From Fibrobacteria bacterium (GTDB lineage: Bacteria; Fibrobacterota; Fibrobacteria; UBA11236), in NCBI GenBank assembly GCA_043732185.1, contig JAYTHY010000042.1, positions 32,624 through 96,623 of the forward strand: a stretch of DNA of 64,000 bases, read 5' to 3'. The translations under genes and the position numbers were made by a program. Below are positions 1 to 9,061 of this stretch, piece by piece (within the stretch, counting starts at the first letter, position 1; the number at the start of each line of letters is the position of its first letter). A model generated the notes under the pieces. That model saw nothing but the letters and a program-made list of their open reading frames with translations, did not search any database and was not told the origin of the DNA.

Positions 1-1
1 G

Positions 2-118
2 GTCCTGGAATCCCTAAACGTCTCCGTCGAGGACTCCAAAATCATGGTGGATATCAAATACCGATTGGCCGGAACCGGTGACTCGCGTATGCTGCGCTTC
101 CAACACAAAGGAACTTGA
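2..118 (+). CDS. 3' end of probable GPW/gp25-family baseplate protein (partial, runs off window start)
   Basis: Frame 2 is open from the edge (VLESLNVSVEDSKIMVDIKYRLAGTGDSRMLRFQHKGT*, TGA 116-118). The beta-strand pattern fits a gp25 C-terminus, and it lies directly upstream of a baseplate J-like gene. Confidence 0.6.
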   Translation, partial: VLESLNVSVEDSKIMVDIKYRLAGTGDSRMLRFQHKGT

Positions 119-126
119 CAGGTAAA

Positions 127-2796
127 ATGTTTAGCGAAATCGAAAAACCCCTGCGGGAACTGGCATTAAGTGAGCCGCTGATGGCGCGTGCCCGGCTGAT
201 GACCGGTGTCGTCCCTGCAAATGCGCCCAATGGCATCAAACTTGTGCGCGTCCTTTCGGTTGACAACCTCAAGAATGAAGCGTTGCTGGAAATGCATTTC
301 TTCAATCTGAATCGACTGGCGGATATCGTTGCGGCCTATGCTGTGGATCGATCCGTGGCGAAAAAGATTTTTCCGATTTCGGGAGGATCGCGCATACGTG
401 CCGGAGCGGCCTTAGGGCAGGTACAAGTGGATGCCGCACCTTTACCCGCGCCCGCATCGATCGTCCTACCGTCCCCGACTGTGCCTGTGTTGGTCCTGCG
501 AGTGGCACCCATCGGAGATTATTCCACCTACACCATCGGGATAAGTGCGCTGCAAGCCTCCGGATGGGTTTTTGACCCGCTGTTCGCGGAAATTGGTTTC
601 AAATTCCGGCCAGGCTGCTTCAACACCAATTGCGCACCCGGGTGGGACATGGCCATGCCGCCGTTGTCGGAGCCTTCCATCGATTATTTGGCAAAGGATT
701 ATGGATCCTTTCGTAAGACCATGATCGCTGCCATGATGGAGCGCGTTCCTGGATGGGAGCCAACTAGCGAAGGCGATCTCGATATGGTCCTGGCCGAACT
801 GTTCAGTGTGGCAGCCGATGAATTAAGCGACTTTCAAGATCGAGTGATGAACGAAGCCTACCTCGCATCCTCCCGTAAGCGCGTTTCCATCGCCAGGCAT
901 GCGCGATTAATGGATTACCATATTCATCAGGGGAACCAGGCGTCCACCTGGCTCGCGCTTGAGATCCTCCACTTTACCGGGCCAACCCAATCGTTCCAGC
1001 TCAAGGAAGGACTCAAAGTTTGGGCGGGTGAATCCAATGCCACCACAGGAACGGAAATCGATACCTCTGTGCATTTCGTTTCCAGGCATGCAACCAAAAC
1101 CGTTCATCAATATTTGAACAGCCTTGGACTCTACACTTGGAGCAATTCCATCACTACGCTCACAGCGGGGAGCACGCGGGCGGATGTAAAGGTATTTCAA
1201 AAGTATTACCTGGACGACACTGCAGGCGCCATTCCGGATTCCACAGAATCCGCCGCGAAGGCAGTCCAAGATCTGATCCGGAACGGCAAAGTCAAGCACC
1301 TGCTTATTCAAGAGCACCTAAACCCGGAAACGGGATTTTTTGCCGGTCGCGATCCCAATAAACGACAATTGCTAAACCTTATTTCCGGCCATGATTTGGC
1401 TACTGCCGCCACCGCGCTCCAAGATCCGGTTACCGGCGAATGGTTCATCCGCGTCCGCTGGGAAAAAAAAGATGCGTTACGGCGTGATTATTGTTTTCGG
1501 GTTGAATGTCCTGCAACGCACGCGGGCACGGCCATAGGGCCGGTCGACAACATTTCTCTTTTCCATGGAAATTTGATCGAAGTTTTTCACGGGAAGGAAG
1601 GCGCGGCGCTTTTCAAAAACCCCGGCGAAATTCTGGGAGAAACCGAGCCGCTCCAATTTCATTATGAGCGAACCCGCTGGGGCGCGTTGTGCCGTTTGCC
1701 AGATGCGCCTCTGTTGTATCGCTATTCAGAGCCGGGCGGTGATGCCCCTCCGGTTTCCACTTTGGACCTCCAAATCAAGGACCCGGCACTGGGAACAGCC
1801 ATACCTTGGTATGAAGTGCCCAGCTTCATTCATAGCGATGATTCCGCCAAGGGAGGGGATCATTTTGTCGTGGAAACGGATGAAGCCAAGCGCAGCGTGA
1901 TCCGTTTTGGGAATGGACGGAATGGCATGGAATTGTCCGACACGGCGGAAGTCACGGTCAAATACCAGTTTGGAGAACCCGGAGAAGGCAATGTCGGCGC
2001 GGACAGCATCCTCTATTTCGATGCTGCCTCTGTGTCAGTGGATCCAAATATTCCTGTGCTTAACGTGTATAGCTGCTGGAATCCCTTCGATGTGACTAAC
2101 GGCCGGGACCGGGAGCCTGTGGTGGAGATTCTCCGCCGGGTTCCGGAGGCCTATCGCCAACGGCAGCTTAGAGCCGTAACCCTGGCCGATTATGTTGCAT
2201 GGGCTGAAGGTATAGAAGGTGTTTCTCGCGCGGCCGCTAAATACGCATGGACCGGCAGCTGGCGAACCGTGCGCATCACAATAGATCCCATCGGTACCAA
2301 TGTGCTTTCCGATAGTTTGCGGAAACAAGTCGAGGCGGAGTTAAATGCCATCCGATTGATCGGCGAGGACATCGAAGTGCGTCCACCTCGATTTGTGCCT
2401 CTGGAAATAAAAGTTGCCGTGTGCGCGACTCCTGAGGTTTGGCCGGAGGATATCCAGTTTGTTCTTGAGCAAGAGTTTTCTGACGGATGGACACCCGATG
2501 GCCGCATGGGATTTTTCCATCCCGATTTATGGACGTTTGGGCAGGCGCTGCATGCCAGCCAAATCATTGGTCGGGCGATGTTGGTAAGTGGGGTGGAACA
2601 TTTCCTGGCCAAAAAAGTGGGCCCGACAAGTACCGGACCCTTGATCAGCGTTTCGATCAAGCGTTGGAATTCGCCTTTTCCGCCGGTAGAATCGCTTACC
2701 CAGTTGGATCACAATGAAATCATCATGGTCCAAAACGATCCGGATCATATGGAGTTCGGCACAATCTCCTTCGAAATCAAGGGAGGCAGGCGATGA
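127..2796 (+). CDS. eCIS baseplate assembly protein 1 (baseplate J/gp6-like)
   Basis: Motifs IDYLAKDYGSFRKTMI..VPGW...DLDMVLAELFS..ADELSDFQDRVMNEAYL, IRFGNGRNG, GNVGADSI, RAVTLADY..WTGSWRTVRITID. ATG 127 preferred over TTG 115. Confidence 0.85.
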   Translation: MFSEIEKPLRELALSEPLMARARLMTGVVPANAPNGIKLVRVLSVDNLKNEALLEMHFFNLNRLADIVAAYAVDRSVAKKIFPISGGSRIRAGAALGQVQVDAAPLPAPASIVLPSPTVPVLVLRVAPIGDYSTYTIGISALQASGWVFDPLFAEIGFKFRPGCFNTNCAPGWDMAMPPLSEPSIDYLAKDYGSFRKTMIAAMMERVPGWEPTSEGDLDMVLAELFSVAADELSDFQDRVMNEAYLASSRKRVSIARHARLMDYHIHQGNQASTWLALEILHFTGPTQSFQLKEGLKVWAGESNATTGTEIDTSVHFVSRHATKTVHQYLNSLGLYTWSNSITTLTAGSTRADVKVFQKYYLDDTAGAIPDSTESAAKAVQDLIRNGKVKHLLIQEHLNPETGFFAGRDPNKRQLLNLISGHDLATAATALQDPVTGEWFIRVRWEKKDALRRDYCFRVECPATHAGTAIGPVDNISLFHGNLIEVFHGKEGAALFKNPGEILGETEPLQFHYERTRWGALCRLPDAPLLYRYSEPGGDAPPVSTLDLQIKDPALGTAIPWYEVPSFIHSDDSAKGGDHFVVETDEAKRSVIRFGNGRNGMELSDTAEVTVKYQFGEPGEGNVGADSILYFDAASVSVDPNIPVLNVYSCWNPFDVTNGRDREPVVEILRRVPEAYRQRQLRAVTLADYVAWAEGIEGVSRAAAKYAWTGSWRTVRITIDPIGTNVLSDSLRKQVEAELNAIRLIGEDIEVRPPRFVPLEIKVAVCATPEVWPEDIQFVLEQEFSDGWTPDGRMGFFHPDLWTFGQALHASQIIGRAMLVSGVEHFLAKKVGPTSTGPLISVSIKRWNSPFPPVESLTQLDHNEIIMVQNDPDHMEFGTISFEIKGGRR

Positions 2797-5700
2797 GCGA
2801 TGTCGATAATGGCTGTGCCAACGAATGCGCGCTGCCCTTGCGGTTTCCGCAGCGGCCCGGGGAAAACCAGTTTGTGGCGCATGGCGCAGGATGTTCCTGC
2901 TGCCAGCCTGGGGCGAGCCTCACTTCCGACAATCGACCCGCCTTGCCGCATTTTAATTACCGTATCGGTACCTATGGAAGTATTCGCGAATGGCTCCTTC
3001 ACCAGATAAACCAGGCGCCAAACCTGCGGAGATGGACCCATCGCTCGCCGGATGATCCTGGTATCGCTTTGCTGGAAGGCGCAGCCATACTGGGTGACAT
3101 CCTCACATTCTATCAAGACACCTATGCCAACGAGGCTTATTTAAGAACCGCCAAATGGCGGGAAAGCATATCGGATCTGGTTCGACTGTTTGGATACAGG
3201 CTGTCCCCGGCCATTGGTGGTAAGGCTGTATTCGCATTCGAGATCAAAAAAGATGAGCCTGTGACGATACCCGCCGGGTTTCCTCTCAAGGCGTCTCTGG
3301 AAGGAGTGGATGCGCCCGCTGTCTTTGAAACCAACATAGAGTCGATTGCCTATCCCTGGCTCAGTCGCTTCAATTTGTTCCGGCCATTGGTGGACACGAC
3401 TTTCGACGCGGAATTCGAAATCGAAATTCCGGAACAGCACCTTTCATTTGTGGAGATCAAGATTGGGGAACGACTGATTCTCGGTGAAAGTGAATCTGTC
3501 TGGAGCAACCGGTCCTTGGAGCTGGAGAACGCGGACATGTATTTCGTCGAGGCCATTCGCGAATTGCACGGCACAAAAATATACCGGGTGAAAGGCAAGT
3601 TGAAGGATTGGTCGCCAAATAAAAACGTGTTTGCTTTGCGGATCGGTCGCACCTTTCATCATTTTGGACATAACGGCCCCGCCAAGATTATAAACTCTGC
3701 AAAACCCATCAAATCAATTTCCGCGGTGACGGTGGGATCCGGTTCAGGTTCGTCCAAAACCGTGAGCTCTTCGGAAATTCCCTACTTAAGTGTTCCTTTC
3801 ACAAGGCCCGTTACGGATGCGTCCGAGTACTATTCTGATTCCGCTTTGAGTCCCCCGGTGCGATACAGCGACTTTCCATTGGAGATGGAAGTCCAGGATC
3901 TGATTGCAGGGGGACCGGTAGTCATCCAGGCCCGATTCGCTTTCCCCGGCATCCGCAATGTTTCGGAATATTCTGAAGCCAAGACACTGGTTCGTACACT
4001 GGAAAAAGTCGAACCCATGACCATGACCTGGGGCGGGCTCAGCGAATCGATAACCCGAATTCGCATCGAGGAACGTATTTCCGATGCTGGGTTCTTGAAT
4101 ACCATTCCCGCCAATTTGTCCGTGGTGGCCGGGATGGAAGCGAGCCAAGCTGATACAGACGAGGAGAACGCTCGTGGCCTACTCGAAAGGGCCAATGCAG
4201 CGGCGGCTGCCGCCAAAGACGCAGCCGATGCCGCAGCCAAGGACGAGATCAGGGCCAAAGCGGAAGCCGCTGACCTAGCCGCCCGCGCCGATGCTGCGAT
4301 CAACAAGGCTGCGGTTTTGACTTTGGCTTATTCGGTTGCGGCCGCTGCGTTGAAAGACGACACAACCGATGCCATGACTAAAATAGCCGCCCAAAAAGCG
4401 GTTGACGCTTTGAATGCCGCCAATACATCTCAGCGTTCAACGAATGCTGCTGCCCTTGATGCTCAGAACCATCGTAACTTTGCGGTTCACGCTAAAGATG
4501 TAACGGTAGGGGCTGATATCGCTGCGGCAATTGGTGTTGCGATCTTGGATCCGATTTGTGCTCCAATTGTTGCCGGAGTATCGATTGTGGCCACAACCCT
4601 AGCGGCCAATTCCGCCAATCAGGCAGAGTCCGTTTTGCACAATGTTAATGAGGCAAAAAAGGACGTTGACCTGGCGCAAATTGCCACGTCTGTTGCAAAA
4701 GTTGCAGCTGATAATGCTGCCAGTGCCGCCGCCGCCGATGCAGACGCGACGCGACGCGCAGAAGAGGCGAAGCAGGAGGCAAATAAAGCTAAGGAAGATG
4801 CTGACAAAGCAGTCGAAAAAGCGCTAAAGGCAAAGCAGGCAGCCCATGAAGCTGAGCGGATTGCCGAAGAGAGGGCCGCGCGGGCACACATTACTGCCAA
4901 GGCTGTCGAAGTTGCTGAGGAGGACGTTGCAGCCGCGGTTGATATCGCCCTCGAAAAAAATCGTATCAAGAATACCCGGATGTACATTGGGGACGCTTTG
5001 TTCCACGAAGTGACAAGTCCAAAGTTGCAAGTTAAAGCCGCCCGTTTGGAAACCTCAGAGGTTAAAGGCGCTACACTCAATTATTTCGGCACCGCGGATC
5101 AAGTGAAAGCGCTCTCCGGCCGCCAAATTCTACTGGAAAAAAAAGGTTCTCAGCCCGGTCTTTTAACCGTCGAACCCGTACTGGAAAATTTTCCCGCCAG
5201 CACCAAGGATTTTGCCATCCTGCGGAAGATCAGTCTATCAAGCGCGGTCGCATACGCCGATTTCCCGAACCTAAAACCTGTGACTACTGTTTTCGGAAAT
5301 GTAGTCGAGGCCGATGAAGGCAAAACACAACCTGAAGTGGTGATCGGAAGCGGGGATGCCACGCGCGTATTTCAGAATTTTCAGGTTCCCAAAGCTCCGC
5401 TTACCTATCACATTGTCACGGAAAACAGCCCATCCGAAACACCAGCAGCGGAGGTCTACGTAGGTGGAAAGCTCTGGTCTAAGGTGGACAGCTTTTTCGG
5501 ACACGCGTCAGAGGAGCGAATCTACATCGTCCGGGAGGATGCTGCGGGAAATAGTTGGGTGCAATTCGGTGATGGAAAAACGGGCGCGCGCCTGCCCAGT
5601 GGCTCGGATAACGTGACTGTTATCTATCGAACAGGAGCCGGAGCTTATGGAGCGTTGAAAGACGACTCCAAGGTTCAGGCTTTGGCCAAGCTCAAAAACT

Positions 5701-6416
5701 TGGACAAGGTGCAAATGCCTGGTGTAGCTACGGGCGGAGCGCCACCGGAGAACGGGGAGAATGCGCGGGAGGCCGCGCCGGGCAAGATTCAAAGCCTTGG
5801 CCGTATCGTCAGCCTAAAGGATTTTGAAGCGGAGGCGGCGGCTATTCCCGGCGTGACTTTAGCTTCTGCCGCTTGGGGGCTCGATGATAATGTTCCCGCC
5901 GTTATCGTGACGGTGCTCATGGACACCGGACGTAGCGCCGAAATTCAGGCTGTCCGCGATATTCTTGTTGCCTACAATTCTTCGCGTGGTGCAGGACGCA
6001 CGCCGATTCTCGTGAAGGAAGGCAAGCGAATGTATGTTACCCTCACCATTCGTTATGCGCTTCAAGCGGGCTTCCGCGCCGATTTAACCGAACCCATAAT
6101 ACGCGGTGCTTTGGGTGGGACTGCCGCATCCCCGGACAAGCAGGAAACTTCGGCGGGACTCTTCGGAATCAAGCGACGGCGTTTTGGCGGCCGCGAATAC
6201 GCCTCGTCCGTCGAAGGAACGATCCAAAATGTTCAGGGTGTTCTTTGGGCAAAGGCCATCACCTTTACAGCTCTAGGGGAGGCGGACGATCCGGAACCGC
6301 TGGCATTGCCGTCTGTAGCCGTCTTCTCCCCCATGGTTCCCTGTGATGCCGGTCACATTCTCAGCCTGTATGACAAGCATTTGTTCTTGACCGCGGTCAA
6401 GTCAAAGGAAAGCTGA
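2793..6416 (+). CDS. eCIS baseplate assembly protein 2 (baseplate J-like) with long Ala-rich coiled-coil insertion
   Basis: DNRPALPHFNYRIGTY, DDPGIALLE..AILGDILTFYQDTYANEAYLRTA, VQFGDGKTGARLPSG, RIVSLKDFE. ATGA overlap with the upstream gene. Confidence 0.85.
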   Translation: MSDVDNGCANECALPLRFPQRPGENQFVAHGAGCSCCQPGASLTSDNRPALPHFNYRIGTYGSIREWLLHQINQAPNLRRWTHRSPDDPGIALLEGAAILGDILTFYQDTYANEAYLRTAKWRESISDLVRLFGYRLSPAIGGKAVFAFEIKKDEPVTIPAGFPLKASLEGVDAPAVFETNIESIAYPWLSRFNLFRPLVDTTFDAEFEIEIPEQHLSFVEIKIGERLILGESESVWSNRSLELENADMYFVEAIRELHGTKIYRVKGKLKDWSPNKNVFALRIGRTFHHFGHNGPAKIINSAKPIKSISAVTVGSGSGSSKTVSSSEIPYLSVPFTRPVTDASEYYSDSALSPPVRYSDFPLEMEVQDLIAGGPVVIQARFAFPGIRNVSEYSEAKTLVRTLEKVEPMTMTWGGLSESITRIRIEERISDAGFLNTIPANLSVVAGMEASQADTDEENARGLLERANAAAAAAKDAADAAAKDEIRAKAEAADLAARADAAINKAAVLTLAYSVAAAALKDDTTDAMTKIAAQKAVDALNAANTSQRSTNAAALDAQNHRNFAVHAKDVTVGADIAAAIGVAILDPICAPIVAGVSIVATTLAANSANQAESVLHNVNEAKKDVDLAQIATSVAKVAADNAASAAAADADATRRAEEAKQEANKAKEDADKAVEKALKAKQAAHEAERIAEERAARAHITAKAVEVAEEDVAAAVDIALEKNRIKNTRMYIGDALFHEVTSPKLQVKAARLETSEVKGATLNYFGTADQVKALSGRQILLEKKGSQPGLLTVEPVLENFPASTKDFAILRKISLSSAVAYADFPNLKPVTTVFGNVVEADEGKTQPEVVIGSGDATRVFQNFQVPKAPLTYHIVTENSPSETPAAEVYVGGKLWSKVDSFFGHASEERIYIVREDAAGNSWVQFGDGKTGARLPSGSDNVTVIYRTGAGAYGALKDDSKVQALAKLKNLDKVQMPGVATGGAPPENGENAREAAPGKIQSLGRIVSLKDFEAEAAAIPGVTLASAAWGLDDNVPAVIVTVLMDTGRSAEIQAVRDILVAYNSSRGAGRTPILVKEGKRMYVTLTIRYALQAGFRADLTEPIIRGALGGTAASPDKQETSAGLFGIKRRRFGGREYASSVEGTIQNVQGVLWAKAITFTALGEADDPEPLALPSVAVFSPMVPCDAGHILSLYDKHLFLTAVKSKES

Positions 6417-6417
6417 T

Positions 6418-9048
6418 ATGTCGGACGAAAAACGCGTGGAACTTTATCGTCGACTTCCGGAAATCTACCGGATCAAGGATGAAGGCCTGCCCGAAAAATA
6501 TCTGCATGACGGAGAGCGAGTGGAGGCGTACCAGCTCCGCAGCTTTCTGGAACCGGTGGAGGGCATGTTTTCCGCCATCCACGAAAATATTGAATCGCTC
6601 TATCATGATTTCTTCATCGAAACCTGCGATGAGTGGGTGGTTCCCTATATCGCCGATCTTTTAGGCACCACGCACCTTTCCGGAGATGCATGGACGCTGC
6701 GCGCCGATGTCGCCGACACCATTGCGCTACGCCGCCGCAAAGGAACGCTCGGAGCCGTCGAGCTCCTTGCCTTCATTTTGACAAAATGGGGCGTGCATTG
6801 CGTGGAGCTTCTGGAAAATCTGGTCTGGAATCAGCACCTCAACCATCAGCGTCCAGACGAAGGCGGAGCGCCACCTTATGGCTTGCTCAAATTGTCTCGT
6901 GGGGCGCCCATCCGAGGCGGAACCGTGACGCTGCGCGATCCATCCTTGCTGGCCCAGCTAAACACCCCATTCGATCCCTTCGCCCATGTAGTTGATGTGC
7001 AGCCGCACGCTATCGGCCAGGTCCGCCATAACCTACCCAACCTGGCAGTCTACTTCTGGAGATTGAAAGAGTACCGGCTGAACGTCGTCAAACCCCGATC
7101 GAGATCGGTCATTCCTTCTCCCGGTGCTTCTCCCATCGTTCGCATCCATATCGATCCAGTGCCGATGAATACGCTCTCCGCGCCCTATGTCAAAAATAAC
7201 AACCAGCCGGGAGGGCGCCCGGTAACTTTGTTCAATACCAATCGCTTTGACCTTTTTAACAGGAAGCGTACAGGTATCGACAAACTCAATCTTTCGGCAC
7301 TCAAACCACGGATCTCCACCGTGGACCAGGTCCCGGGGCCTATTCCGATGGAGCGATTGTCTGATTTGGAATTCGCCAAGCAGTATGATGCCTCGCTGGC
7401 TTCATCTACGCCGCAACCCTTGGAGACCTTTGCCGCTGCAGCGTTCACTGCGCCGCAAGAATATGTCGCTGTGGAAACGTATGACGTGCTGAATCCGAAT
7501 CTGAATGCGTTGGACATTTCCGATCAGGGTTTGCAATTGCATCTTCCCGACTCCATTTTTCCAGGCGAGGCGTGGCCCCATACATCCCTTCCGCGTTACT
7601 GGACCATTCGTGGAGAAAACCTCTGCGCCTGGGAAAGAGGCCTCAATCCGCCGCTCAAGGTTCGCGAAATCGCCATCGATCCTGAGCGGGGACGCATGTG
7701 CATGGGTGTCGCCGACGATGCCCAGGCTAAGGCGATTGTCGAGGATATGTTGGTGACCTTTACTTATGGTGCGGTCGGAGACGTCGGTGCACATCCCATT
7801 TCATATCCCGCTTTGCCCAAAGCCTTCAATCATGAAATGAACCCCTTGGTGATTTACAAATCCGTGAACCTGCGCCAAGGGCCGGACTTGCAACAGTCTT
7901 TGGAAGCTGCGCTCGTGGCCGCGCAGCAAAAAGTAGCTGCCGATCCGGAACTCTTTGGAAATGTCCCGATTGTTTTAGAGATAGTCGACAGTCGCACGCA
8001 TAGGCTGGATATCGGCGCACTCCCAGCATCGGTCTTCGTTACGGAAGGTGGCGTACCCAGTATAAAATTGAATGCACCCCTCATCATCCGCGCCGCAGAC
8101 GGGCAGCGCCCAATACTTGAGCTGGTCCAACCACTCGCCTTTAGGCCTGCCAAATTAATCGGCACGAATGCGGCCCTTCAGGGTCAACTGGATGCCATGA
8201 TGGGCAGTCTGTTCGTGCGCTTAGAAGGCCTGTATGTCGCACGGGAATTAAATTATCCAGCTGGTCTGCCGCTCATCAGTCGCGCTGCGCTGAACAAGTT
8301 GGAAATCTTGAATTGCACGCTTGATCCCGGTGGATTCATGCGCTTTAACCATACCCGCGCCCCGCTGTTGCCGGGCATTAGGCTTTTTGAACCTTATGGA
8401 TTTGAGGATCCCGCGGAGAAACTGGCCTTCAAGCAAACTCCAGAACTCATCATCCAGCGATCGGTTTGCGGCGCAGTTTTCACCGATCCCGGATACCGAA
8501 TCTGCATCAACGATTCCATTCTCGATTCCGTCCCGGTTACACTTCAAGGTGGGGGTGGACAGCAGGATGTCTTCGCCCTCTCCGGAGCGACCGATCCGGC
8601 AAGCGGGTATGCCGGGCAAACGACTCTGAAAAATGTCACCTGCCTGGGAAGGGTACGGACCGCGAGTATCGACGGGAGTGGCGGCATTTTCAAGGGGTTT
8701 GTCGATGTTTATGATCCACAATCCGGTTGCCTAAAATATTGCTATTTCACGGATGACACGGTTGTTCCCGGTCCAGCGGACGGTGCGATAAACCGTTTGC
8801 CCCAACACTTTGCCTGCGTCAACGGAAAGGAAGCCCGACTGGTCTTTACCAGTGAGTGCTTCGGAAACGCTGCATACTGTCAGCTCTCACTCGAATGTGA
8901 TCCGGATATTCTGGAACGGGGAGTAGGCAACGATCAAATGGGTGCTTTCAATTTTCTGCGGGAAGCCCACAAGTGGGCCAATTTAAAAATCAGGTTTAGA
9001 GAATTCATGCCGGTAGGGATCAAACCGATTTTGATTCCGGTAACTTAG
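6418..9048 (+). CDS. phage tail protein I (P2 gpI)-like baseplate wedge protein with C-terminal extension
   Basis: LYRRLPEIYRIKD, LYHDFFIETCDEWVVPYIADLLG, RADVADTIALRRRKGT, IAIDPERGR, and a C-terminal GAF..REFMPVG. Confidence 0.75.
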   Translation: MSDEKRVELYRRLPEIYRIKDEGLPEKYLHDGERVEAYQLRSFLEPVEGMFSAIHENIESLYHDFFIETCDEWVVPYIADLLGTTHLSGDAWTLRADVADTIALRRRKGTLGAVELLAFILTKWGVHCVELLENLVWNQHLNHQRPDEGGAPPYGLLKLSRGAPIRGGTVTLRDPSLLAQLNTPFDPFAHVVDVQPHAIGQVRHNLPNLAVYFWRLKEYRLNVVKPRSRSVIPSPGASPIVRIHIDPVPMNTLSAPYVKNNNQPGGRPVTLFNTNRFDLFNRKRTGIDKLNLSALKPRISTVDQVPGPIPMERLSDLEFAKQYDASLASSTPQPLETFAAAAFTAPQEYVAVETYDVLNPNLNALDISDQGLQLHLPDSIFPGEAWPHTSLPRYWTIRGENLCAWERGLNPPLKVREIAIDPERGRMCMGVADDAQAKAIVEDMLVTFTYGAVGDVGAHPISYPALPKAFNHEMNPLVIYKSVNLRQGPDLQQSLEAALVAAQQKVAADPELFGNVPIVLEIVDSRTHRLDIGALPASVFVTEGGVPSIKLNAPLIIRAADGQRPILELVQPLAFRPAKLIGTNAALQGQLDAMMGSLFVRLEGLYVARELNYPAGLPLISRAALNKLEILNCTLDPGGFMRFNHTRAPLLPGIRLFEPYGFEDPAEKLAFKQTPELIIQRSVCGAVFTDPGYRICINDSILDSVPVTLQGGGGQQDVFALSGATDPASGYAGQTTLKNVTCLGRVRTASIDGSGGIFKGFVDVYDPQSGCLKYCYFTDDTVVPGPADGAINRLPQHFACVNGKEARLVFTSECFGNAAYCQLSLECDPDILERGVGNDQMGAFNFLREAHKWANLKIRFREFMPVGIKPILIPVT

Positions 9049-9061
9049 AAAGAGGCGACGA

